DNA of 64,000 nucleotides from positions 14,331,675 through 14,395,674 of the forward strand of contig OZ037768.1 in NCBI GenBank assembly GCA_964035545.1. The letters run 5' to 3'. Source of the stretch: Bugula neritina (taxonomy: Eukaryota; Animalia; Bryozoa). Positions 52,601-64,000 of the stretch are shown piece by piece (positions within the stretch are counted from its first letter, which is position 1; each line of letters begins with the position of its first letter). Under the pieces are notes generated by a model. It saw nothing but the letters and a program-made list of their open reading frames with translations, did not search any database and was not told the DNA's origin. Made by a program: the position numbers and the translations under genes.

Positions 52601-55600
52601 GATATGTGAAAGTATGTAGCATATCAAAGCTATACATAACATAGCATTTAAGAAAAGTGATGGGAGGCACATATATTGTAACTTTTACCAAATAATCATT
52701 ATATAGGCTGCAAAGGCATATTAATATAGTTTGGCAAATTCTAGTTGGAATGGTTTACATCCAACAGAAGACAAGGCATAACAAGCTACAAAATCTCTTG
52801 GAATTTACCTGACAGAACTTCATTTTAGAATAATTTCTATTGAAAAAAATTGGGTCTTTTTATTCCAATGCTTATAATTACTCTGAGTGGAATGTGTTGG
52901 TAATAATGGAATATAATGTAACAGCTTACCTCCGGAATAGCTGGGCCTAAATGTTGTGGCACACAACTGGATATACTTCTGATTTCATTGCTTAGAGGGG
53001 CCATAGAGATGAGAATTCTGCAACAGTGTACATGTGCCCATTCAACGCTAGATTTATGGACTTATATAAAATAATAATGGCTACTCCTGTATACTCTGAA
53101 CTATTGTATAGCAAAAGTCAGCACTTTTCAACACAAAGTTACATCAGCAGACTAAATAGCAACACTAGCATGGTGAACGCTAGAATAGAGAAATTCCCAA
53201 CATATGTTAATGGGTCAGATTAAGAGAAAAATAATTTGATTACTCTCATCATAAAAAATATTAATTTTATTAGTTTCTGAAGCACAAGTGATTGCATTAT
53301 AATTGAAGACTGAAAAAATTAACACTAATTCAGCTTACTCATAATTTTTATTGAGAAGTTTTCGACAAACTTGAGGGTCAAGACCAAGCAAACTCTCACA
53401 GCGTATGAGATCAAGACCAAGGTCCCCATTAGATGGTGAGAAGTTTGAGTTATGTCTAAGGAAGAGAACAGTTTCTCGTAAAGTCACTGCATGATCAAAG
53501 TACCTCTGTGCCTCCCCCTCTGCATCACTCCCTACCTATTATATGTGAAAAAGTGTTTAGAACTTAGGTGAACATAAACACACTACCTAACACAAAACGA
53601 GGTCTTACCGGGATATATACAATTATTTCTTAAACAAAACAAGTGTAAGAGCTGATTAATAGAATATACCTGCACATAAATGTTGAAGCATGATGAATAA
53701 AAAATTAATATATATGATGAGTTATGTAACACAAGTTGCACTTTTAGGTTTTTGGTTTGACAAATGCCAATATTGCCATTTAGAATGGTAATGAACTTGC
53801 CTTTTCTAATTCAGTAATAAAGCTGTCCATTGTTTCATCACTCAACTTTCCCACTTCAAACATAGTCACTGCATGATTTTTCAGCCCCTTCAAGTATAAC
53901 AAAAATACTTCAACCAGCATAGAAAGACACCAACAGAAATAATTGCCATGTTTTCGATTTTGTTTTCTTACCTCCCACACACGTACACATACACACAGGT
54001 ACACACACATGCACACACACAGAACCGACAAGGAAGCTAGTAGTAGCAGCATCGTTACTTACAGGAGAAAGATTCCCCATCATAAGGAAAGCAGTGAGAG
54101 TTGAGTCAAAAAGAAATGCTATTCGTTTACTGTGATTTATAGATTGAGTCATTTGACTAGCAGAATGCACCAACGTGGCTCCATCATCTACATATAAATA
54201 AGATTATTAGATTTGGTGACTGGCTTTCTAAGCTTTCCAGAAATGTGACATAAACACACAAAATTTCTTCCATATAAAGTAAATGAACAACACAGAGAGC
54301 AGCCGTGGTCCAGCAGTTAGAGCGCTTGGTTAATAAGTATGAAGTCATAGGTTTGAGCCTCCGACAAAGACCATTGGTGATGTTAGAAAGAGCATCCAGT
54401 CATAATTGCTCCTGTGCCCCTTCCCTTGTGAGAAAACCCCATCCATTAGGGGTTTTTTCACAGAGATGGTGACTATAAACTTGCGTGAGTTTTTTCTCCC
54501 GCCACACGTGCAGGACCGTGGTGGTGAAAGATGACCAAATTAAATGACCAATATAGTTCAGCAGAAGCAATGGAACTTGCGTCATTGTCCCAAATCAATC
54601 AAAGACATGTATGCATAACTTTTGTTAAAAAACCAATTAACTTGGGCATTATACTCTGAAGTTGTATTTAGCTGATAGCCAAGGTATATGCGTGAATAAT
54701 TTAATACTGCATAACTGTAACACGTAAAGGATTCTTTAACACTGTGGTACAACAAATATCAGGTGTAGTACTCACTATCAATAGTTGAAGGCGAGATACA
54801 ATTATCAATGCTTAGAGCATCATTTGGAGTTTCCCTCCCTTGGCTCTCACTATCGGTATCTTGTACCACTATGTCTCCCCAATCTATCAACAAATCCCCT
54901 TCTTCTCTACAAATTTCATTCACATATTTCCAAGTTAGCCACCTAAGGTGAATTGCAGAAAATCTTAAACATAGTTTGCCGCCAATCAAGATGAAAATGT
55001 AAAAATGCATTAACTCAATGATTCTATTGTCTGAACATCAACTGATTATAATAAGATTGTATTGACAATAAAAAGATGCTTACACCATATACAGCTAATG
55101 TTAATACCAAACTCAACAATTTCACTTATTATGCAATAATATATGAGCTTACTTTTTCTTCTCAAGATTAATATTATTCCAAGAGTCATGCAAGCCTTCA
55201 GGTGGCATGTCCCAATATTTCTTCTTTGCAAAATTGAGTCGACAGTAGAGAGAGATGGCATTCTGTACTAGATGTGTATCGATCTCTAAGACATTCGCAA
55301 GCTAGAAAAGTAAACTAATGCTGTGAAGATAGGAAAAATATATACACATTAGCCTATTCCAGATAACCACATTAAATGGGAACAAGCCTTTAACCTTTAT
55401 TGAGCTGCATACATTCTTCTTGACATGAAATCGAATATAAGCTCCAACATATACAATTGAATTGCAAAGGGCATTATAACAGCGCAGTTACGACATGCCA
55501 ATGAAGAGATCCCAATGGCTTCTTATAAAAATTACAAACACACATATATATATATATACACACATATTTAGACATAATATGTGTATTTAGACATAATATA

Positions 55601-58600
55601 TATGTTTCAATAGTGGTTATAATAATTATAGCGCTACTTAAAAAAACATTTTGATTTCCAAATTAACATCAGATTTCATAAGTATTTTAACTACAAAAAA
55701 ATTATGAATTAGGTTGGCTAATTCTAAAAGAACTTAACGAAAAATGTTGCAAACGAGTTTGACAGAAATTTCTACCTCTTTCACTGACGTGTGCTCATCA
55801 ATAGAGACAAATATTTTATAAAGGAGGGTTTCAAAGTAGTCTCCAAGAACTCTGTTCATTACAAACCCTTCTAATGGTGGTACAATTATCCTATCTGACT
55901 CGTACACTGGTACATCCAGGTAAACAAACCCTTTGCGGTACAAGCCTACAACATAAGTAATGGGTGGCACAGGTTGAATCTTCAAAATACCAACTCTCAA
56001 AAAATGCTAACTTTATATTGGACTTCCATTAATGCTGTAACTCTGTAAACCCATATCATAATAAACAAAAAATTTTTACAGCAGACAACAGATTTTTTGT
56101 ATGCATATGACAACTTCAACGCGAAACATTATTGCACCATGTACAACTACAACACAATAGAAGAGCTGATCTCTCCTCCTTCCCTACGTCTGTTGCCTGA
56201 GTTTTCTGAAACTCATGACTTTCTTCAATGGTCTCTACTCTCCACTGAAACCTTTAAATGTCTCGGCTCTTTCCTCCAATCAAATCAGTTTTTGGCTCAA
56301 TTCTCCAAGATTTCAGTGGTAGTGAAGCATCTTTCCAGCTTGTTTTTTTTCAGAATGCTGTTAAATCATATTTTAACCCCCTCATTTGTTATCTTACCAT
56401 TTTCCAACTTAGAGCAAAACCCCAAACCCTTCTTATTTATTTTTCCTGATTATCATAGCGACGATGTTGGATGACTCAGCCTTATTTATTGGTTGTTCTA
56501 ATTTGAAACGCCCCAAGGGTCTTTAGGTATCAGCTGTATGTTGCGCAGGTCTCACATCCAAACAGGTAGGTGGATAAAACTATTCCTGTGCAAACTTCCA
56601 TCTTGACTCTGGTACATTATACTTCTTTGTTTTTGAAGACTGAGTTTTGCAAGTATGCTAAGAATGAGCTGGCTGCTTGAATGCTCCTTTCTATCTCAGA
56701 GTCGATGCTGGCCTTAGCAGAGAAACAGCTTCTTAGAATCCACACTTTCTAAAGCTTGACTATCCACTGTTCTAGCTGCTTGTTGAGGGTCATCATTTTT
56801 GATGAAGCCAAACCTAGCACATGAGCCTTTCTAACATTCAACTTCAGTCCAAGGTGTCTGTACGCAAAATTGAAAGCATTCATTGTAATCTAAAGATTTT
56901 CTTCTAAATTTGCAAGAACTGCATGTCGTCAGCGTACTGCAGCTCATATAATACAGTTAGTAATTTTGTTTGAGGCAGGTTGGCTTATAGCCATTGAACA
57001 TCGACTATGTCTTTCATCATGTATCCCAGTTTTACTCTATTGGACATTTGTAGTTTGATGAGTACCATGCTGCCTTGCTGGTGATGAAAAACAGAAACAA
57101 ATTTTAAGAGCTATGACATAAACTTGCTTCACCCTAGTCTTCACATCATACTTCTCTGAGAATTCTCAATCTACTGGGACAGAAACATTCGAATGTCCGT
57201 GCAGAGGTTGAATCATTGTGACCAAATGTAATGGAAATTTCGCTTTTGTCAAGATTTTCTATAATGTAGGTTTGTCAAGGTTTCCAATCTCTTAGTGAGA
57301 TCAATGAAAGCCATGTATAGTTCCCGATACTGCTCTATAGCTTTCTCTCTAATTGGCTGTGCAGCAAAACCAATATCCACTGCCTCATTTCCTAGTCTAA
57401 AACCACCTTGTGTTTCTGACAGCTTCTCTTTAGCAAGTGAACATAGTATCATAGCTAGGATTTGGACCAGTTTTTATCTGCAGTAGAAAGAAGTAATATT
57501 CCTTGTAGTTCCCACAAAGAATCTTCTCCATTTGTAAAGATGGTGACCATGTTAGCATTTCTTAAATATGCAGGGTCTCTTCTTCCCAGATCATCAGCAA
57601 GGATTCAAAAGGCTATTGGCCAATGGTGCTTCTCCAAACTTGCAGGCCCCTGCTGGTGTGCAACAAGCTTTCCCTGGTTTCATAGTATTGATTGCTTCTA
57701 TCAGTTCTTCAATAGTTGAGAACTTATCTAGTTGGTATTTTATTGGTTGTCTTGTCATCTGGTTTAGTACAGAAGGCACTATTGTTTTCTGATCCAAAAG
57801 CTTTGAGAAATGCTCTCATCACCTCTACTTGATCCCTTCCTTGTCTTTACAGATGCCAGTCTTGTGCGTTACAGGTCTCACCCCCTTGTTAAATGATGTG
57901 CATATAGCTTCTTTGAATCAGCAAAAAATCTCTTTTAATGTTGTGATCCACCAAATTCTGAAACACATCTGACTTTCGGCCCTAACTGTTTTTCATTGTT
58001 TTCTAAACAATTTTTATGAGTGGATGACATTTCTTCAAGTAATCCCGAAGCTATGCAGCGAAATATTGAAAGCAGCACGCAGATCGGTCAATATACCACA
58101 AAATCAAAGACTTACATACTTTCCAATGATATTTGCGCATATGTTGGACAGAAAAAAGTCATAACATGCAAAAGAAAGTACAAGACATTGGTGGAGAGAG
58201 ACCAACCATGGAGCGCTATGTAGTCCACAGCCCCAGCCAATCTAAACCCTTTTGTCTCATCATGATAAGCAATAAGTTCATCCAGCAACTGCTTTTCCTC
58301 AGTTTTACAAGTCTGCAACAAATAGCATGTAAATAAGAATACGAAGCTCATGAAATATTATGTGTTTACTGCATATGGGATATACTACATAGAAGCAGGT
58401 AATTTAGCATTATAGCAAAAGCAGTAGAATTAAAAAAACAACAAAATGTAAGCCATACACAATTTTTTTGAAAATTTGAGATGCCATGACTGTGTGAGAC
58501 CTGGAAAAACAAAGCATATAAAATTCTGGAGATTCTGGAACTGAGAAAAAAGAGATGTGCCCAGTAAAATTGAAACAGCTGTAAAGGGGAGAAGGAGGAA

Positions 58601-61600
58601 GTGCGTCTGATTAATACTTTAAAACAGAGACACGCAGACATACTCACCCGAACATCCTCTTCAGATATAAAGCTGACCTTGACTGTCCACCAAGGTTCTA
58701 TCACCACCCCTTCAATAGGCGTCAGAGGCAGCAACGCTTTCTCAGGCTTTCTTTTCAGTTGAAACAACTTCTATTATGAGTATAAAAAGAATCTGAATCA
58801 TTATTGGATGTTAAGCCAATATTAACAATATTTTGAAACTGATGGCAAATAGCCACCCTTTTTTAATTTATAAAGTATTTAATTATCTATACAAAAATAA
58901 AAATGAATAGAAAACTAAAAAGCATGAAAAAAGATGAGATCATAGTTCACAAGAAAAACAAAAGAAAATGCAAATTCATATTTTTTCTTACAGCAACACC
59001 CCTGTTGGATTTCGTGGCATTCATCAAATCTATATATTGGTTACGCCCAATTCCCATCAGACGCAAACCTGTATAAACAACAAAATAGAAAAAGGGTGAG
59101 TTCATTTTTATTCTTACAAACATCTTAAAAACCCACAAACAAGTTATTTGCCTTAAGTCAATCTTCAAGACATTTAATATTTGCTGTCCCACATTCAGCC
59201 CTGATGCAACTATAAACAACGCAGTCAAATTGATTGTAATGCTTACTAAAGGCCTATCATGCGCTTTTCTGTAATTCTAAAAATCAGACAGCTTGCATTA
59301 GGATATAAGATAGAAATAAATAAGAATATTTAAAAATCAAACCAGTCCTATAATGAAAATGAATCTGTGAGATTCTGATTGTTTTGTAGTTCAAAGAGGT
59401 AATTTTTTATGTTTTGTTGAAATAACAGAAAAACTCACTTGCTATTGTCACATGGCATTCACAAAGCGCAGGTGATGAAAACTTTCTATTAGTGTGCTTA
59501 GCCTTTATTCTACTATATAGTAGAAAAAGAAGGCAACTCCTAATTGCTGACAATATAACCTAGAACCTAGATGCACACTATTATATTGAGTAAAACCGAT
59601 GTGATTTATTACTACTATTTTAAAAAGTTAACATGTTTAATACTTTATCAACCCCTTTTCTTTAAGCAAGCCAACTAAAAGTTTTAGAAGCTTTTGCATA
59701 ACTTAAAACTGACTTGATATTTTCAGAAAAAAACATGAAATTCGTTAAAAACATAGGATTGCAATGCTAGTCACACCGCTATGGTCTACTTTCACTTCAA
59801 CAAATAAAGTTCTCCCTCCTGGGCAAACAGTTCTTTCTATTTGCATTACATAACACTTACAATCCGCAGCAGTAAAGTTAGGCAAGGCATCATAGCTCTT
59901 TTCTTGTGCCATTATGTCTTTCATCATGTTATGATAATATGCAAATGGAGTAACCCGAAGCCCTCTAATCATAAAATCAGATAGATGATATGGGTAGAGC
60001 ATCAAATGCTGTCGGCTGTATATTAATAGGTTTTCATAATATGTTTTCTGATCTTTGCAGGCATGTTTTACTACAAAACAATTACACTCACCAAGCATAT
60101 CCTTACAAATAACTGTAATATAAATTCAGATACCTTCTAACAATGAACATCAAAGTCTATATCATGAAAACAAGCTTATACTTATTTACATTCCGTAAAA
60201 TGTAAAACTTTTACGGAAATAGCAACTTTTATATACTAAGCTTACAAGTGTCATTTTTTAAATAAAAAATCCATAAACTCTGTAAATATATTTTTTGCAA
60301 CGCCGAATGAAGTTATGAAAATCTAAACTGTCTTTGCAAATGTTTGAAATTGTGACTTTTCCAATGAGAAAACTTACCCAAGTTGCCTTTGTAAACCAAT
60401 TGGTTCTTAATACTGTAGTTTAATACTGCGAGATAATATTCTTTTGGAGAATTTCCCAGCAGCTAAATATCAAACAACAAAAACTTAATATGCTGCTGTG
60501 CTGCAAGTAGTATAAATGTATTTGCTAATTATTAGGCTTCAGATAAAAACACACTTACAAGTGGGTATATTAGAAGGAAATATATTATTATTATAATCAC
60601 AATGATAATGAAAGTAATAAGAGTTATTTGCAATTATTTAAACTGTCGCAATCCATGGTGATGATAATAACGATTTAGAAAATCAATTCTAACAAAAACA
60701 CCATGATCAGCACTGACAGCATTATAATGGGATTGAGTCAATGACTTGACTTTTAACTGCTTACTTTGTGTCGATACAAAAATTTAACACAAAATGTGCA
60801 ATTTGTAACAGTGTGTTACAGTGAGTATTACAGTAGCAATAGATCAGCACATCACTAACTTGTGGTTACTCAAGATTTAATAATATTTATTCTCAATACA
60901 ATACAAATGTTTAAAACAAACTTGTGAAGTTTTGAGCATTTAGTTTTGAATTGAAACTATAGAAAAATGTTTACAAGTACATAGGTCATAAGACAAACCG
61001 AAACCCAAACTTACAGCTAATGCTATTGCTAAAGAGCTAAAGTAAAAGTTGCCATTCACTTCCAGTTCCACCTTCAGTCTAAGTTTAAATTTAACAATAA
61101 CATTAACTGTAACAAATAACAATAACTCTAACTGCTCGGTCTAAATTAGAATTAAAGTTTAACTTAGAGTAAAATTAGATGATAGAATTACTATAACTTG
61201 AGCATAAGTATAATTATGCCTATTAAAAATAAAATTAGATCAATTCATCAATGATAAACTTCTAAGCTAACAAACTCAAAGTCTGCAAAAATAAAAGACT
61301 TAAAAATTAAAAAAAAACGTAGAAACTTCACTTCAAGTTTAAAACATTAACTATAATTAACTATAAGTTAGTTAATAAGTATAAGTTAGTCTCTGTCAGC
61401 ATCAACTCTTACAGCTATAGTTAGTGTCACTGTTAGTGTGTTACTCTTACACAAGTCTAAGTCTTAGTATAACTCTTAAAGTTACAGTCACACTCACAGT
61501 GACTCTGACTCTTCGTCTTATGAGTAAGTTACTCATACTCATACTCATAGGCCATAGCGGCATAGCCCTACCGATTTAACATTTCCAGGTAACTTTTCCC

Positions 61601-61643
61601 AAGTGTAGCCATGCTTGATGTGAAATTCAACATCAGAGTTCAT
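49633..61643 (-). CDS. FAM91A1: FAM91A1 (WDR11 complex, endosome-to-TGN trafficking), ~802 aa, 19 coding exons
   Basis: Exons 61643-61572, 60462-60378, 60070-59861, 59068-58992, 58770-58648, 58312-58207, 55945-55776, 55301-55153, 54906-54776, 54187-54063, 53887-53801, 53535-53339, 53017-52930, 52573-52463, 51459-51285, 50964-50813, 50442-50285, 49916-49847, 49755-49633. Motifs [82 protein letters not shown]. Confidence 0.96.
54296..54590 (+). mobile_element. tRNA-derived SINE in FAM91A1 intron
   Basis: Box A-like tggtccagcagtta and box B-like ggtttgagcc; following agaaagagcatccagtcataa resembles my recollection of the Meta-SINE central domain (unverified). Confidence 0.6.
56100..58010 (-). 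mobile_element. Degenerate RTE-clade LINE in FAM91A1 intron 6
   Basis: Fragments [24 protein letters not shown]...[21 protein letters not shown] and ELQYADD (56925-56945); many frameshifts. Confidence 0.85.
60960..61568. repeat. 3-nt-periodic low-complexity tract at the start of FAM91A1 intron 1
   Basis: Begins immediately after the exon 1 donor. Confidence 0.7.
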
Positions 61644-62475
61644 TTTTGCTTGACTCCTGTTTATGAAGAAATGCCCAAATCAACATTGATTGATTTTTTT
61701 AAAAATTGAGAGACTAGTTAGACTTGGTTAGAAATCAGAATGAATGTCAAGGTGAAGGTGTGTGATTTCCCTCGGAAGTAGTGTCGGAGAAGAGCGAGTG
61801 ATACGTTTGCATGTAAAGTTGTCTTACCTTTTACATGTCTGTTGGCATTGAAGGGTGGCTATGATACTATTTTGGGGCTGTTGACCAATTTAGATAGTAC
61901 TGGGGTGCTCGTTTTGAAATTTAGCCTATATTTAAGTGAGTTATGTAAATGGAGTTGTCTATAAGCAGCTCCAAGTTGGGAGTGCCGGAGTGCAGTAGTT
62001 AGGAGTTCGAAGTCTAAGTTGGAAGTTGGAACTTGAAACCACTGAGCTCGATGCTTGGAACCCCCAGCTTCAAATTCAAGAGTTCCAAACTTGGAGGTTC
62101 TTATAAAAGAATTCATGTAAATAAGTTTAAAATAATAGCATTAAATGCTACACAGCGTTTGGGGTGAGTATATGCAATATTTTTGTATTATACACTAGTG
62201 CTTGAACCATACTCCTTACTATTGACTCAATAGCCCCGCCTTCCCTGCCCCCGAACCACTACATTTAGTAACCATAAGCTTGGTGCTGTATTAAGCGATT
62301 TCCTTTTCGAACGGTTTACCGAACAAACTTTATAAACATTCTAAACTATTGCTTTGACTTTTGTTGCAGTTAACTATCTTTTTTTACTGTATTAGCATCA
62401 CTAATGGCTATAATTCTATACTTTATAGTATGATTATGCGTTTCGAATTTTTTATTTAATGCAAGAGTTGGAAAA
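61644..62475. promoter_or_regulatory. Putative bidirectional promoter between FAM91A1 and ISCA1
   Basis: Divergent ATGs ~830 bp apart; ETS-like CGGAAGT near 61775; GC box CCCCGCC near 62235. Confidence 0.65.
61960..62105. mobile_element. Small MITE-like inverted-repeat element
   Basis: Imperfect ~23-bp TIR (tataagcagctccaagttggga / tccaaacttggaggttcttata); interior of repeated aagttgg/ttggaac words. Confidence 0.5.
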
Positions 62476-62559
62476 ATGTCTGCTACTACCAAATTAACTG
62501 CCACTGTGCGTACAGCTACTAAAAGAAGTATTCGCCCTACGAAAGCAGCTTTAACATTG
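62476..62559 (+). CDS. ISCA1: Iron-sulfur cluster assembly 1 homolog, first coding exon (rest lies right of the window)
   Basis: MSATTKLTATVRTATKRSIRPTKAALTL followed by a GT donor; matches the recalled ISCA1 N-terminus MSASLVRATVRAVSKRKLQPTRAALTL. Too short for the ORF track. Confidence 0.88.
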
Positions 62560-62564
62560 GTAAC

Positions 62565-63100
62565 TAACAGTAACAATAACATGAACATCAACTACTTACC
62601 TCATTTTATTTTACAATAATAATTGTCTATATCAGTGAAAGTTTCAGATACTTTTGGAATGTTTGTTAAATTTCAGTTTTGATTTTATGGGAAACCTACA
62701 TTCTAATTTTTACATTCTGATTCACATTGTCATTGTGATTTAGATTCAGATTGACCTTTAACTTTAGTTTTAGTTATAATTGAGTGCAGGTTTGTTTCAT
62801 AATAAATTTAATGTTTAATTTTATATTATATTCATGATAATAATCAGTTATTATTATTAATATTATCATTGTTATAAATATATTATTATAATTATTAATA
62901 CTATTACTATTAGTATTAGTATTAGTGTTGCTAATATTAATACTACTACTACTAGTTTCATTAGTAAATTTGAGAAGCCCTCATTTTCGCATTGAGATTG
63001 ACCTTTAAGTTGAGGGCAGGGTTTTCATGTTTGATTTTTATTTTATATTGTAATTTTATAATAAGCATGATAATAATAATAATAATATGATATAAAAACA
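62565..63100. repeat. 3-nt-periodic low-complexity tract in ISCA1 intron 1
   Basis: Direct reading; strongest at 62760-62960. Confidence 0.6.
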
Positions 63101-63114
63101 CTATTGCTCTATCA

Positions 63115-64000
63115 ATTCTAATGGGAGAAGTAGCTCAATGACACGAGTTTTGATAGGGCATGAAATAAACTACCTTCTATATATAGATGACCTAAAGCTG
63201 TACGGGGGAAATCAAGTTTGAACTGGAAGCTTTAGTAAACACTGCCAAGATCTTCACAAGAGATGTAGAAATGAAATTTAATTTACAAAAAAATGTGCCA
63301 CACTGGTTATGAAAAGATAAAAGAAAATGGAGGACACAGGAATCAACCTGCCTGATGAACAGGTAATCGAAGATCTTGGTGAGGAGTCGTATAAGTACCT
63401 TGGAATTCTTGAGGTTGATGGAATAAAGATGGATAAAATGAAAAATAGGATCAATAAGGAGTACTATAAGCAAACAGAAAAGTCATAGACTCAAACTGAA
63501 TAGAAAGAATATGGTAAAAGCAATAAGCACATGAGCAGTGGCAGCAGTGCATTATACAGCTGAGATACTTGACTGGACTGTTGAGTTAAAAGGACATAGA
63601 CAGAAAAACAAGGAAGCTTATAACATTAAATCGTGCACTCCATCTAAAAGCAGGTGTGGACAGCCTGTATGATAGCAAAAGGGAAGGCTGCCAAGAATGG
63701 TTTTAATTCAGGAATGTGTAAGGATTGAAGAATTCAGCATGTTAAATTATATTAGAACATGTATTGATGGAAACACCATACTGGTAAATTTCTAAAGAAC
63801 AAAACAGCGGTAGAACTTGAGAACAATAAAGTGATAAAAATAACTGATGGATAGAAGGAAAAGACTCTAAATCTACATGGTCAGTTCATCAAAAGGGTGG
63901 AAAAAGTGAAAACATACTCGTGGAACTGGTAAAATCTAGTTGGTTGAAAAAAGAAACAGAAGAGCTGCGGTTGGCTGCGCAAGATCAAGCACTTCCTACT
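63115..64000 (+). mobile_element. Degenerate R4/Dong-like non-LTR retrotransposon RT fragment
   Basis: INYLLYIDDLKLY, DVEMKFNLQKC, EESYKYLGILE, LHGQF, ETEELRLAAQDQALPT, with stops and frameshifts. Confidence 0.8.

Overview
AT-rich metazoan (invertebrate-like; taxon not determinable here) genomic DNA with spliced genes. I rebuilt six gene models by hand with phase-consistent exons. They are the 5' part of LENG8 (-, runs off the left edge), an unrecognised ~181-aa four-transmembrane gene (-), an Alx-type paired-class homeobox gene (-), bystin/BYSL (+), FAM91A1 (-, 19 coding exons) and exon 1 of ISCA1 (+, head-to-head with FAM91A1). Mobile DNA includes two Penelope-like elements (PLEs), CR1/L2-, RTE- and R4-like LINE relics, an Academ-like DNA transposon relic, a BEL/Pao relic, a tRNA-headed SINE and several MITEs. 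The main hunt result is a (TA)n-embedded nest at 20.8-24.8 kb. It holds a near-perfect head-to-tail dimer of a highly structured, non-coding 271-bp unit with a type I hammerhead ribozyme in each copy (a retrozyme, predicted to release a 271-nt circularisable RNA), packed against hammerhead-bearing PLEs that could mobilise it. A second hammerhead family sits in the LENG8 5' intron, locked in a 90-bp perfect fold-back. Separately, unusual 3-nt-periodic low-complexity tracts recur next to promoters and first exons. Gene and family names come from recalled motif similarity; no database search or folding program was run.
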